Shown: positions 38,207 to 51,365, counted from the whole stretch's first letter. The stretch is 62,801 bases of DNA, filler included, from Sphacelaria rigidula (GCA_964200075.2; 11 parts of 11 records of this genome joined end to end with filler, not necessarily neighbours in it); one strand, 5' to 3'. Notes: generated by a model not told the origin, from the sequence alone. Numbers and translations: made by a program.

Positions 38207-41200
38207 TTGAGCTACGTAGTGGGGCTCAAGGTATTGAAAAGCAGTCGGCGACATCAGTCAGGAAGGCGGTCTCACTTCCAACGGGTCGAAACTCATCGAA
38301 TGGAATGATTTTGTGATATTTCCTGCGGTAACGTTGATCGGTGCGTCATAGTGAACGCACGAAAACTCGCCTTGTCGAACACGAGAATCACTAGGATACC
38401 TATACAGAATCTGCAGCCATGGTGTTAAAAGTGCCCACCGTAGCAGCAGTAAGAACACCGTGTCACCGATCGACCACCCAGATATTTTCACTCAGCTCGC
38501 ACACAGATAGCCCGCACCTATTTCGTCACGAAAACAGCACTACTACAACAGTATTACCGCCTAGAGTCACGGTCCAGCAGAAGTTGTATACAGTAGCTCG
38601 GAGGTTGTGCAGTAGCTTTCTGCTGGTCTCTTGCTTGCTTGCCTTCATTTTTTGTGCTGTCTTTTCGTGAGTTTCTATCCGCCCGTAAAGAGTTTCTCGA
38701 AAAATCTACTGAGGTCTCCAAATAAGAGGGCACCAGCAGCATGAAAATGGCTACATCAATACTGTACAAAACATTAGATATGAACGGATACACGTGCAAG
38801 GCATGTCCATCCTCATAAATATGTGCACCCTCCGTGGCTGTTGTGCCGTGCTATATCACCCTACGCCCTATACTGCAGGGCATAAAGATAAGTGTGGTGA
38901 CTGAGTGAATCTCTTCCTCGTCTTCTGCGCAGATTGCGTACAGCACGACAGTCTACTACAAAACATGAAAGGCTTCGAGTGGACACACCCTCCGCGGCGC
39001 TTGTACCCTTGTACTCTCCGTGCCGCATCTCACGTACTATACTCGTAATATGCCCGATCGCCTTGCAGATCTGTACTCAAGCCATGCTCGTTCAGTAGTA
39101 AGTAGTACACGGTAGAGCGCCCGGAGACGCATTGAGACGGGGGGTTGCTGAACTTGTCCGCGATGAACAGGCACGGGGCTTATAATCGCCTGCCGCATCG
39201 CTCCACCCTTTGCGCACGATAACACAATTGACACCAGGAACAAGTCGCACGACCGATACACATATCTCGCACCGCTATCGGGTACAATGATGCGGATGAG
39301 TGGTGGGGGGTGCTAGAGGGTAGACACTGGGAGATGGATGTCATGAAGACCTCAGCACCGGCATTGCCAAAACCGGAGGCAATATGGGTGTATGAAGTCT
39401 GCATGTTTGGTCAGTAACGCCAATGTGTGCACACCTCCTACGGCACATCTGCACAGTAAACGTCAATTAATTGGATGGGACGAGAGTATGAACACATACC
39501 ACAACGTGCCGGAGGGGCGAACATACTTTTCAAGGACGAAGGGGATCTCAACGGCTACGTACATCGATTATGCTTGGTTCACGGGGCTACTGACCACCAA
39601 AGCGCAGCCCGAGCGGTTGCAGTTGAGGGCATCAGCGGCGGTGCTGGCGATAGCCGTGAGGGTATCCTTCTAGGGGGGTTTCATACGATTGCGGGAAAAT
39701 GGTATTGGATCCCACGGCTGGTGTACAGACATTTAGGGGCATTGTGTGATGGGAAGTGAGCAGCATATCACATAACGCAGGATATTCTGGGCAAGTTGAG
39801 CGCTGTCACAAGGGCAGCTATGTACGAAGGGTGCGTCGATGCTACAACACTTCACAGGGGCGGGGGGCGTACTCATTTGTTGCTTGACTTAGTCGTTTGA
39901 CCATTGACCACGCATCCCTTCCGAGACGGNNNNNNNNNNNNNNNNNNNNNNNNNNNNNNNNNNNNNNNNNNNNTTAATTAATTAANNNNNNNNNNNNNNN
40001 NNNNNNNNNNNNNNNNNNNNNNNNNNNNNGGGGGGCGTACTCATTTGTTGCTTGCCTTGGCCGTTTGATCATTGCCCAGGGAGGGGTTCCCGTGCGTTGG
40101 TTTTGAATCATCCCCGTGATCAGTCATTGAACATCTAATTAGCGTTAGAAAGTCAGATGATGTGTCAGTTGCAGCCTGTGCAAGCAACTGTGTGGATGTG
40201 GTCACGGGCGTCGATGTGGGTGTTATATGCGGTTTTACATTGGCTCAATAGGAATGCCTATCATGCACCACAATTGCAATGATATGATATTGCGATACTG
40301 GAACATGTCGATATATAGAAGCGGACTGAGATATGGCGACGACTAGAAACCAACCCCTACGACTAAATTCGAGAGTGACGAAGACTAACGGTTAGAGTTG
40401 GATACTGAACCAGTACGTACTGCCAGTGCATATGCACTGGTAGACAGCCCCGCCAGTACACCAGTACATACACATCTACGTAGATTCCTCAACACGCCTC
40501 AAGAACCAGCAGAAACCCATCTATTCAGGCCGCCTCAAAGGAAACACAGCACACTCCACACTCCACACGAACCACATAGCTCGGGAGACAGCTGCAATTT
40601 GTGCGCGGTGTAGGTTTCGGTTGGGTAGCTTTGGCACCCTTGTCATCTCCTACGTACTGTTGTAGCATGCTATGCTGGTTCGTGTCCCCTTTGTTTTTTG
40701 TTTTTTTTCTTGGCTTCTTGGTTTACTTTCAGGGCTGCCGTGTCGTTGTTTCCTTTGTTTTTTTGCGAGAGGTTGTCCAGTCCAGTAAACAAGAGTGCCG
40801 CTCACCACTTTGTGACCTCGTGCCTTGTGCTTCCAACTGCTGGTTTTGTTGGGCTTTCTACTTGGTTGCTTGCATTTTTTCAAAACTCCCCAACGTGAGG
40901 GGTTTGGTGGAACATACAGTTTCATGTACTTTCATATGCACGGACTACGTCTCCCACGGTCCTGGAGATCCTGGAGTTTGTGGGTATTGCAAAGTTTATA
41001 ATTTGTGGCACATTCACTCATGTAGAGAAGTAGAAAAACAATAAATTTGGGCGTTGTCCTCGAAATTTCTATCGTTTTCCCCGCGATAGTGCCTCTGTCA
41101 CATGGGCCAAAATCACTCATTTTTTATGCTCTAATGAAGCCAAATCGCGTCAAAAAATGCCTCCGGCGGGGTCCCCTCGCCAGCCGAGGGGGTTCGATGG

Positions 41201-41437
41201 TGGCGCGGATCCTGTATACAGAATCCTGACTGGCTTCGCCAGTACCCAGCCCTACTAACAGTGGAACCTTACGGCTATACTGCGAAAAACAACGGCGACC
41301 CACAGTGATGCGATGGTTACGAGCCCCACGACTCATGGCCGTCGTCGTTGAACGTGGGACTTTAATTAACACGCCGCGAACTCGCCGCGTACATTTTCCA
41401 AGCGCGATTAAGTTATCTTATCTGCTGTAGACAATTC

Positions 41438-41589
41438 CACACCCTGGGCAATATATGTTCAATAGATGCAATAGACAACCAATTGCAACTGTTGTCGGCC
41501 GCCAATAGTCGCAATATACCTATACTTTATCCAGTACATATTTTCTATTGCATATTTTGACCACGTGTATTGTCATTGTCCAGAGTGTG
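41438..41589. mobile_element. 152-bp MITE, TIR CACACCCTGG.CAAT, 8-bp TSD GACAATTC
   Basis: TSD at 41430-41437 and 41590-41597. Confidence 0.85.
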
Positions 41590-41812
41590 GACAATTCACG
41601 ACCTGCTACCGTACTGTACCGTACTCGACTGAATCATGCCGGTGGAGAACGGAGAAATGCGAGTGTGCTGTTGATATAGAAGAAAGCCTTGAGGATGTGT
41701 ATACTATGTGAGCAAAGACGAGAAAGAGGGGGGAAATGCTCCGATTGAACACCTGCCCTCGTGTGTGTGTACGTGTGTGTGTCTCCGAACGCTGTGTTCC
41801 TCGACGCTTCAG

Positions 41813-41898
41813 GTCACTGAAGCCCTAGAACAGCTGCTGGCGCTGGCCGAGGAGAAGCTAGACGAGTCCGCTTCCATCGTCCAAATCATCGTTTCCAG
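41813..41898 (+). CDS. Candidate internal exon of an unknown gene (VTEALEQLLALAEEKLDESASIVQIIVS)
   Basis: CTTCAG acceptor, CAG|GTATTG donor, GC3-rich codons, amphipathic helical peptide. Confidence 0.5.
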
Positions 41899-42181
41899 GT
41901 ATTGCACCCCCTCCACCTTCACTGTATTGTACAAGGAAAACGATGTCACAATTTTTTTGTTCATGAGTTGTGCACGCTACGAGTACTGTACATGGTGAGG
42001 GGATCTTTTTTGTTTTTTCCCATCGAAAGTCGACGGGCAGCAGAATAGGACGAAAACAATGCGATGCGGGTGCCGCAACGGGGAAGATTTTGATTGATAA
42101 ATTGATCCCTTGGAGCCACGGAGTCCTCCCGAGGAGGAGGAGGAAGGAAGAGGAGGAGGAGGTGTGTGTGTGTGTGGCGGG

Positions 42182-42287
42182 GGGGGGGGTACTTATGATT
42201 TTGCATGCCGTAGTCATGAGATCATTGACCTCACATTCCTACAGAGCCGGCACGGAGTACGCCGGGTTTCGGCCAGACCAGGCACGA
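42182..42287 (-). mobile_element. Short 3' copy of polyC-L repeat
   Basis: Reverse complement of GCCTGGTC.GGC..AAACCCGGCG...CATAAGTACCCCCC; G-rich flanks. Confidence 0.75.
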
Positions 42288-42689
42288 GGAAGGGGAAGGG
42301 TCACCCGTACGATAGGGGAAAATGCAAGAACAAAAACGAAAAAGTCCTGTAGCGAGGACCGTCCTTGTGGAGGTTGCTGTAGCAGCTGTAGCCGGGCTGG
42401 TCGGCTGTTTATTTTGCTGCCAAGCAGAGAGGCATCGACTGTACGTTTGTCGAGCCAGGGCTATGGGTACACTTTTACGAAACATGGTGCCGAGTAGCGA
42501 GCTTGAAGAGTGTTTCGCAGAAGTGACCACTCTCACTATTCCACACGTTTGAAACGTGAGGTTGGGGAAGGGTACAGGTACTGCAACATATATAAGATAC
42601 GGGTACATCGTACTATCTCAGAGATCCTGGAGGACTGGAGTACTCGGGGTGGGGTAGGGGGATTCCGCCGATATCCCGAGGTGCCCTGG

Positions 42690-42956
42690 ACTGCTGGAAT
42701 GCTCGGTATTTTCGGCAGTCGGTACCCTCAGGTACCCTGGTGATGCTCGGTATTTTTGACACTCGGTACCCCCAGGTACCCCGGAATGCTCGATATTTTT
42801 GGCGCTCGGTATCCACAGATACGTTGGAATGCTCGGTATTTTTGACACTCGATATCCACAGGTACGTTGGAATGCTCGGTATTTTTGGCAGTCGGTATCC
42901 ACCAGGTACTCTGGAATGCTCGGTATTTTTGGCGGCCGATACCCCAGGTACCCTGC
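42690..42956. repeat. Minisatellite, ~43-bp unit, about 6 copies (GGAATGCTCGGTATTTTT...)
   Basis: Unit starts at 42696, ~42740, 42783, 42826, 42869, 42913. Confidence 0.9.
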
Positions 42957-43066
42957 AATATTGGTACGTACCTTTACAGAGTCGAATCCACGCGCGTGAA
43001 GCTGGTTCGCATTCTTGCCTGCAATCGCGCTCTTGTAATGGATCATACGATGGTCATGGTGGTGGT

Positions 43067-43067
<1 letters not shown>

Positions 43068-43124
<57 letters not shown>
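43068..43124 (+). repeat. (AC)n microsatellite
   Basis: Direct reading. Confidence 0.95.
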
Positions 43125-43126
<2 letters not shown>

Positions 43127-43336
43127 CTCTCTGCCGTTGTTGTCCAGCACGTACTAGGCTCTCTGGTGATGTTTTTTTTTCCATTTCCTAAGAGATGGTG
43201 GTGGTGGAATACTCCAAGCTTGTGTTTTGTAGGGTACGGTTTTCTGTATACCCGGGGTGTTTTCCTGGGTATTTACCGTACCCGACAGTTTCATACCGGT
43301 ACCCGACAGTTCTGTAATTTCTGTAAGACTTTCATA

Positions 43337-44547
43337 CAGGCCAGGCCAGCCTACAAGCGGATTTGTACTTTGCAGGCGAATTCGCAATTTTTTTCTTGGA
43401 GTTAGAAAGTGAAATTTGGTATGGACAATCGACAGGGCATGAAGAAAAGCTGTCTGTGAAGTCCCAACGTTTTTTTTTTTCGTGAGTTAAGAGCATTTTA
43501 CTAAAACCTCAAAACATATTTTTGCCTTAAATTCACGGGGAAAAAAATCGCCGGGACCTCACAGACAGCTTTATTTCATGCCCTGTTGATTGTCCATACC
43601 CAATTTCACTTTCCAACTCCGAGAAAAAATTGCGAATTTACCTTTGAAAAACCGAGGCGGCGGAAATTCGGAACAGTACTTTGTAGGCCGTTTATCGGCC
43701 CACGTTTGGTGTTTATGGGTTGAAACTTTGTGCGGGACCTTGCTAGGTCGTGATGAACCAAGAAAAATGGGTGATGTTGGGTTTTATTTTTATTTTTTCA
43801 CTGATCGAGGGCGTTTTAGTATGGTAACGATGATTTTTTTACGAGAACGCCCGAACCTCTCATGAAAAAAAAAAAATGAAGGCCTATTTTTTTCTACTCA
43901 GCATACCTCTGTCGTTTTCCATTGCAAGTTTCAAATCAAAATTCCAAAAATTGAGCTGAAGAATTGAGATAAGGCCCAAGAGCAATGTTCATTTCTCCTC
44001 AAAAAACCCCTAAAAACACGAAAAAAAATGAGAAAAAACTAAGAAAAAGAAGGAAAAGGCTGTGTTTTTTATTCTACTATGCACTAGCGGTTCTCCATAA
44101 CAAATTTCATAGTACAACTCTCAAAAGCTGAGACGCGATATCCAGATTTAGGTCACCTAGTGCCTATGCTCATAATATACTGATTTTAGTACGGAACCTT
44201 ATGTGCGCCATTTCTCGAGATAGATAACGACTTGGGTGAAAGTGAGGGTATCTATCGTCCCCCTGTGCTCCAGGGAAGGTCCACACCAAAAATCGTCATC
44301 ATCCGCTTAATCGAGCGTTCCGGGTTTCATATAGATTTTTGTGTGGACGCTATCTCCGCTGGGTATAGGAATTACTATACATGGGGTTTACTCGATGAGA
44401 AAAAAAATTGGCTCAGATTTTTGAGCAGATGGGCACCTTCCCCTTGATGAGACGATTAATACGATATGTGGATCACGGCCCAACTCGTCTGTGTCGTTGA
44501 GATATCGCTATTGGAGCTTAAATCCGTTTTTAGGCTGGCCCAGCTCG
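43337..44547. mobile_element. Tc1/mariner-like non-autonomous element with TA TSD; another end of this family at ~45544
   Basis: TA|CAGGCCAGGCCAGCCTACAAGCGGATTT ... AAATCCGTTTTTAGGCTGGCCCAGCTCG|TA; removing it restores the host subrepeat GACTTTCATACCC. Confidence 0.75.
43372..43645. repeat. Inner foldback, ~90-bp arms
   Basis: ATTCGCAATTTTTT..GGAGTT.GAAAGTGAAATT.GGTATGGACAATC.ACAGGGCATGAA..AAAGCTGTCTGTGA.GTCCC and its reverse complement at 43552-43640. Confidence 0.85.
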
Positions 44548-45125
44548 TACCCTTACCTGATAGTTCCGTGAGTTCCGTAAGCGTCCCGTATCGTTACCGG
44601 GGGGCACGGGTATGCTTTTGATGAGATACCCGGTCGCGGGTACGGGTGTTCGGTGCAACCTCAATACCCTACCCGACAAGTTATGTAATTTCTGTAGGAT
44701 TTTGAAACCGGTACCCCATAGTTTCGTAATTTTTGTGAGACTTTCATACCGGTACCCGATATTTCTGCAAGCTCTGTAAGGAATCTCATACCCTACAGAA
44801 CATACGCGTACCTTACAGAACACAACCAGGAATACTCTCTCTGCATGTCTCTTGCCCTCTCTTTTCTCTCGCGACGGTGTCTTTTCATCGATGCATCGTC
44901 CTCTCGTGGGCATTCCTATTTCCTTCCTTCCTTACTTCCTCATCACTTTCTCTCTTTTTTTTTTTTTTCATTCTACAGCGTTGTACTTGTCGTACATTGC
45001 TTTGCTTTTTATTCATTTCCTTGTATTGTTGCTCTTTTGCTTTACAATATATCTTGCACTGCACTGTCTTCTTTGCCTTTTTTTTGTTTGTTTGTTACGT
45101 TCTGGTCTGACTGACCGATCGATTG

Positions 45126-45271
45126 CACACGCTGGATAATGACAATATATTACATTGTGAGAAAAAGTGTACTGCGTACAGTATCGACTATTGCGTATAT
45201 AGCAATATACAAAATATTTCATGCTATACGCAGTACAATTTTGGACAATGTAATCCATTGTCCAGGATGTG
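45126..45271. mobile_element. 146-bp MITE of the CACACCCTGG family, 8-bp TSD ATCGATTG
   Basis: CACACGCTGGATAATG...CATTGTCCAGGATGTG; TSD at 45118-45125 and 45272-45279. Confidence 0.85.
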
Positions 45272-47713
45272 ATCGATTGCTTGATTGGTTTATTGATCGT
45301 CGCACATTAAGTGATCCACTACGAATCCAGCCGTGGCATGGTCATTAGATAAAACATATGGATACACGTACCCCGACGAGGGCAAATAAACGGGAAGAGG
45401 GGAAAAAAAGGAAGGAGAAGAAAGAAAGAAAAACGAACACAAAAAAACGGCACGGATACCAGGCGTAGAACTGGTGACGGTCTGAAGAAAAAAAAGCAAC
45501 ATGCTTCTTCCTCGTTGCCACGACTTGTAAACAACTTTTGTGTACGAGCTGGGCCAGCCCAGTAACGGATTTAACCTGGCAGAGCAATATCTCATGACCA
45601 GAAACGAATTGGGCCGTGATCCGCATATCGTATTAACCGTCTAATCANNNNNNNNNNNNNNNNNNNNNNNNNNNNNNNNNNNNNNNNNNNNTTAATTAAT
45701 TAANNNNNNNNNNNNNNNNNNNNNNNNNNNNNNNNNNNNNNNNNNNNACGGCCTTTCACTCCTGCGTGCGCCTCCTGGGGCAAACGCACGCTGTAGCTGC
45801 AACACGGACAGCTTTACAAAATGTGACGTAGCAATATAGCAATATAGCGCTTGGCGAGGAGGTTTACATCCTGCGTACACGTTGACCGCGATACAACGAC
45901 TGCACTCATGATGTACCGAACTGCATACAGGAAAACGCGAAATCAATGCAGGACAGGGATAAGCCAAGGATGTGACGTTCTGCGGTGTGCTTTGTCACCC
46001 TGCACCCTGCCGCAGTGCAGTGAGCAGGTAGTACCACCGCAGGCGTCACGCCGCGGTTGGTACATAGTATCGGCTCGACACCCGAAGAGTAACCTCTGCA
46101 TTGAATTCAATAAAACGCATTGAATTGAATTACACTGCTGGTGGAGCGCGTTATTTTCGAGCAGCACGCGCGCTAGCGTTTTCGTGTTGCCGACACCGTG
46201 CCAGCGCGCTTGTGCACTACAGCGTTGTACTGCCCTGTGGCAGCTCGTCACGGTATTGCTTCTCATGTTTGATGACGTTTTATTCGAAAGCACGCAGAAG
46301 AGATGCCAGCGAGTCTATCGTTGTTGCGAACCAGTTTTTCGATCTAGTACTACCGCGTGCCCCGTGCTGTACCAACCAGTATACCGTACCAGTTCAAAAA
46401 AGGATATATATGCATAATATAAATGCCACCAACATGCTCTGGTTATCATGAACTGTGTACGAGGCGCGGGGAGTGTAGTTTTTATCAAGGAATGCAAGGA
46501 CGCAACCACACTGCAGTACAGGTAGTTTTTATTATTAGCATGCAACACGTGATTCGAACGCGACACAAAACAACGCATTTACATCATGATACCTGGGCGT
46601 TTTGGCACTGAAACGAGTCCACCGGTCCCTCCACTACCTACCGTACGGAGATAAATACCACTTGTTAAAACAAAATAAGTTACGGGCAGACCTTCATTTT
46701 AGAGTAAAGGGCTCAGCCGAAACCACTCCGGGTTCACCGCCGAATTCCGAGACGGCAACGTCCCTAACACCGAAATAAATTGAAATTGGAAGCGCCCAAA
46801 AGGCAATCTATTTTATGATATTCTGCAACGTCATTTGTATTAACCCATTGACCGCTGGGGTAGGTTATCTGTTAGATCGGCATCATGCACAGGTGACAAA
46901 CGTGTTCTATCCATGGGTCACATGATAACAACGCGTTGCTATTGAAAGCCCACACTCAAATCTAACGCTAGAGATCAGGCGAGAAGGTCCTTTAGAGTGT
47001 CATTGCTTGACGGATAAATTCCTGGGGGATTTCACAACTCTGCCCGCCCCCTGGCACAAACAGAGTAGCCTACATACCAAAATCCACGCTATGCCCAGAA
47101 GTTTCCCCGCTCCAAAGGATCATGATTGACGATAGACTCAAACCACAGGATATCGACCAATGAGAATATTGCTATATTTTTCAATCAGTCGTACAGTTGA
47201 TACGGCGTCAGTCTCTGTCTGGCCCACATTAACCTTTTGGGTACCTATTGACGATTTTTTTTGTTTTTTTTGTGTGAATCGAGCCGGAAACAGCGGGTCC
47301 CACGAGACCCCAACCGTCTGACTGATAATGATCTCAAGATTGGTGGCCCTAGAGTTCATGCCCCGTGTCTGAGCGGTGGCCGCTTCCTGGGGGACAACGC
47401 CTGATTCAGTCTGTTGAGTTCCAGGTTCAGGCGGTGTTTTGCTTGAGTGTCAAGGCAACTGCAATACGGTTGTGCGAGTATCCTAGGGTCATGATGAGCC
47501 ACTGTCAACAACGTTTCCGCCAGACTGAATGTCTAGCACCCACAATATCTGAACCCAGTATACAAGAAATAGTATTCAGCATGCCAACCTGAACGACCCC
47601 GCTACATGATGCATGTTCACAAAAATACCGTAGCATTTTTTCTCGTGTGCTCTTCGCGCTATGTGTCGTGGCGGAACGTGATCTTTTGTTAAACCGCGGG
47701 ATTTCTTCACATC

Positions 47714-48307
47714 GGTAGCTTTTGTTGCTCTACTCTACTGAGTGCCGTCTGCAGAGATGTCACCCACCACAACATGTTTGTACCCAATTTCGGAACAGCT
47801 ATAGAAGCAAAACAGTTCGATTTTATAAACTACGTCCACATGATTGAAATGACTGTTGTTACCTGAGAGAGAGTGGCCGCTTTGGGCCCGGCGAAACCTC
47901 CGAAGATACTGTCGAACAGCACTACCAAACTTTGCTGGCAGTGGTATGTGCCAATCAGTACAGAACCGAACATGAATCGACAGTCTAACGTTCTTACTAG
48001 AAAGCAACGGGCATAAAACGATTTGCAGGTGGGAAAAGGGGGATTTTCACACAGGAGAAACTCTCTGTTCCCCCATGAGTGTCACATGCACTCGCAAAAA
48101 CTCTGTCGCCGTTCTTTGGTATCTGGCGGGGGGACAGGAAGGCCACAGTTCCTCCAGTAACAAGAGTCATTTCAATCATGTGGACGTAGTTTATAAAATG
48201 TAACTGTTTTGCTTCCATAGCTATTCCAAAATTCGGCACTTACATGTTGTTACGGTGGGCAACGTCTGTGCAGACGGCAGTCAGCAGAGTAGAGCAACGA
48301 AAGCTCC
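47714..48307. repeat. Inverted repeat, ~200-bp arms, ~180-bp spacer
   Basis: e.g. TTTTATAAACTACGTCCACATGATTGAAATGAC / GTCATTTCAATCATGTGGACGTAGTTTATAAAA. Confidence 0.9.
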
Positions 48308-48336
48308 AGATTGCAGCATTAACTCACCCCTCGGCA

Positions 48337-49078
48337 CCACGCTCAAACAGTTAGGTCACCAGCGTACGTTTCTTTGTTCACTCCGCATGTCAAGAAGGTC
48401 TCCATAATAAGTGTTTGATCTCTCTCACACACACACTGACTGGCCTGTGGCACACTGTTGTGGTCGGGCGCCTAAATGATCACAGGTCGGGTAAAATCAA
48501 CGATGACTAACACTCCCAAGTTAAAAATGGATATATCTGTTCTTATTGCCGCAGCACCGCCCTTGCTGGCATGTGTGTGACAGAGAGCAGTAGTAGCGGT
48601 GGCGGGAACATTGCCCTGCTTTTCAACGACATATTTTTCAGCGCACAGAGGCGCGCCCTGTCCAAAAAGAGAGCTAGAGAGAAACCGATCTTCGCATTGG
48701 CGAGGTCCACAGGCAAGAAGGAACGAAATGTCTCCGCAGCTCGATGCCTGGCACATGGAAAATTGGGTACATGCTGGTAACATCGATAATGCCAGTCTCT
48801 CGAGCGATTGGTGATCGCCGAGTGAGGAAACACAAGGGACACGGGCGAGGAGCTTCCTCCCTGCTGTCGTTGCTTCTCTATCTGGTAATATCGTCATCGA
48901 CACGCGTGTACACCGTATTCGTTGGGTGCACCCAGCCACAACTGACCCACTGCTGCAGAGATTTGGGGGGAAATATGGTTTCGCTCTGTGTCACTGTTTC
49001 GCGTCATCCCTGCAAAAAAAGTATACGCCACTTAAACCTCATTTTTTAACTCGATCTCATTTTTCAGGATCCGCTGTT
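48337..49078 (+). mobile_element. Right part of the AACAG long-TIR element
   Basis: Ends GGATCCGCTGTT; homologous to segments of 10386-11245. Confidence 0.7.
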
Positions 49079-49570
49079 TATTTCTGTTAATTTTGTCACA
49101 AGAAATTGATTAATAAACACTGACAAAAATCGAAAAGTCTGGTGGGCTTTGCGGGGTTTGTATATTTGCTTCTGCTCCTTAGTATATATTTATGTAAATA
49201 TATAACATTTATAATAAAAGGAGTATGTATCTATTATACATAGTATAGTATATATATTTTATAATATAGTGTATATTAAGGAGCAGAAGCATACATACAA
49301 TATAAAAATGTATAATACTCCCTCTGTCCCACAAGATAAGCCCGTTTGGAGACTCTCATTGGATAAGCCCGTGGTGAAATATTGCGATAATGTACCCAAT
49401 ACAGTTGTTTTCGACATACGGACCTCCAACATGTCTTCCATATATGGTTTCCATCATATAAAATATATATATATATATATATCCAGGGGATCACATGTTA
49501 TCATCCCCGGCGTGAAAAAATCACAAATTGGGCTTGTAGTGAGATTTTCCGAACGAGAGCCAGAGTTTTG

Positions 49571-50001
49571 AACACGGGGTTTTACAAATGAGGGATGGAT
49601 CTTTGATCAGGGATGAAAACCTGGAGAATTAAAATGTTCGAATCCCCACCAAATCTTCGAAGTATGCTTCCATTCCTTCACTTGCTGGTAGCTGTGGACA
49701 ACTACTACACGCCATACAAGTTTGGATTTCGATAGCCGAAATTTCGGGGTCCGGAGTGGAAAAACAATTTTGGAGGATTTTCGGTGTCCGATCGGACGCC
49801 AAAATTGGTTTTTCACCCAGGACCCCGACATCCCGGTTATCGAAATCCAAGTTTGTATGGCATATAGTAGTTGTCAACAGATACTAGCAAGTGAAGAAAT
49901 GGAAGCATACTTCGAAGATTTGGTTTGGATACGAATATTTTAATTTTCCGGGTTTTCATCCCCAATAAAGGATCCATCCCCAGTTTGTAAAATCCCATGT
50001 T
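49571..50001. mobile_element. AACAC foldback MITE, TSD TTTG
   Basis: TTTG at 49567-49570 and 50002-50005. Confidence 0.85.
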
Positions 50002-50724
50002 TTTGGCAAAACTTTCGCTCAATGTGCAATACGGGGGATACAAAAAACCTTTTTTTCGATGCTCAGACCGACGGTAGTGTGTTTCGAGGTGTTGGGGATA
50101 TGTTCGAGAACAAGAAGACCCTCCAGACCCGGGGACAACATGATATTGTCCCCGGGATGAGCGCGTGTACCCTCGAATCCGGTATGCGTGCTTAAATAGT
50201 GCTGTGGTGGCGGCAGACTGAAAAATGACGCTTTCGGGCGGTTCTCCGGAACGCCCCGGGAACCATGAAAAATCCGTTCCTCCAAAAATCAATGGGAAGG
50301 CTATCAACTGGTAGATTCCGGTTGTGCACGGCCGACACACTCGGATCGCCGTGAGTGTAGCTGCTTGTCTATCGTGGGCTCGGCAAAAGGCTCGGTTTTG
50401 TGATGAAGTTCAGTGGCATCGCAAGATATCACGATGCGCGGATCTGCTCGTAGACCCTGGGTTCCGTAACGCGTTGTTACCGCGTTTGTTATTGTCATTA
50501 GTCAGGATTGTTCGGGCGCGGCCAGATGCCGCACCGAACCACATCGATCAGGTGCTGGCTTTGCCTTGATCACTGACCTAGCTCTGCTACTCTGGCATCT
50601 TCACTACGCTCTCCTCCTATGGCTGCGCTCCGGCTGTACCGAGTACGAGAGCTGCTTGTAGATATAATATGATGCTATCAACACGTGAGTTCCCAATCAG
50701 CAGTTTACATATAGATGAACCTAT

Positions 50725-51168
50725 AACACGGGATCTTACAAATTGGGGATGGATCATTTATTGGGGATGAGAAACCCGGAGGATTAAAATCTTCGTATCC
50801 ACACCAAATATTCGAAATATGGTTCTATTTCTTCATCTACTGATAGCTATTGATAACTGCTACACGCCATAGAAATTTAGATTTCGATCACCGAAATGTT
50901 GGGGCCCTAGGTGAAAAAAACATTTCGGAACCATTTTGGCGTCCGCTCGGACACCCGGAATTCCACAAAACTGTTTTTTCACCTAGGACCCCAATATTTC
51001 GGTGTTCGAAATCCAAATTTCTATGGCGTGTAGCAGTTGTCAATAGCTGTCAGTAGGTGAAGAAATGGAACCATATTTCGAATATTTGGTGCGGATACGA
51101 AGATTTTAATCCTCCGGGTTTCTCATCCCCAATAAATAATCCATCCCCAATTTGTAAGATCCCGTGTT
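50725..51168. mobile_element. AACAC foldback MITE (youngest-looking copy), TSD CTAT
   Basis: Near-perfect ~190-bp TIRs; CTAT at 50721-50724 and 51169-51172. Confidence 0.92.
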
Positions 51169-51181
51169 CTATGTGTGATTG

Positions 51182-51365
51182 CAAGGTTGTGTTCTGTAAG
51201 GTACGGGTACGTTCTGTAGGGTATGAGGTTCCGTACAGAGTTTACAAAATTGTCGGGTACCGGTTTGGAAGTCTCACAGAGTTTACAGAACTGTCGGGTA
51301 CCGGTATGAAAGTCTTACAGACTTTACAGAACTTGTCGGGTACGGTACGGGAGGCTTACAGAGGA
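51182..51365. mobile_element. CAAGGTTGTGTTCTGTA MITE end, cut by contig break
   Basis: Starts with the TIR CAAGGTTGTGTTCTGTAAGGTACG. Confidence 0.8.

Larger units (their letters stand above)
43215..44829. mobile_element. hAT/P-like MITE (CAAG(G/C)TTGTGTT.TGTA TIR, 8-bp TSD GAATACTC) hosting nested insertions
   Basis: GAATACTC at 43207-43214 and 44830-44837. Confidence 0.8.

Noticed and set aside
42690..42956. CRISPR-like array
   Set aside because: The would-be spacers are similar to one another, there are no cas genes, and the context is eukaryotic: a minisatellite.
49160..49298. AT-rich hairpin (TGCTTCTGCTCCTTA / TAAGGAGCAGAAGCA) as an origin or terminator
   Set aside because: More simply two inverted repeat ends around a TA-rich tract; no supporting context.
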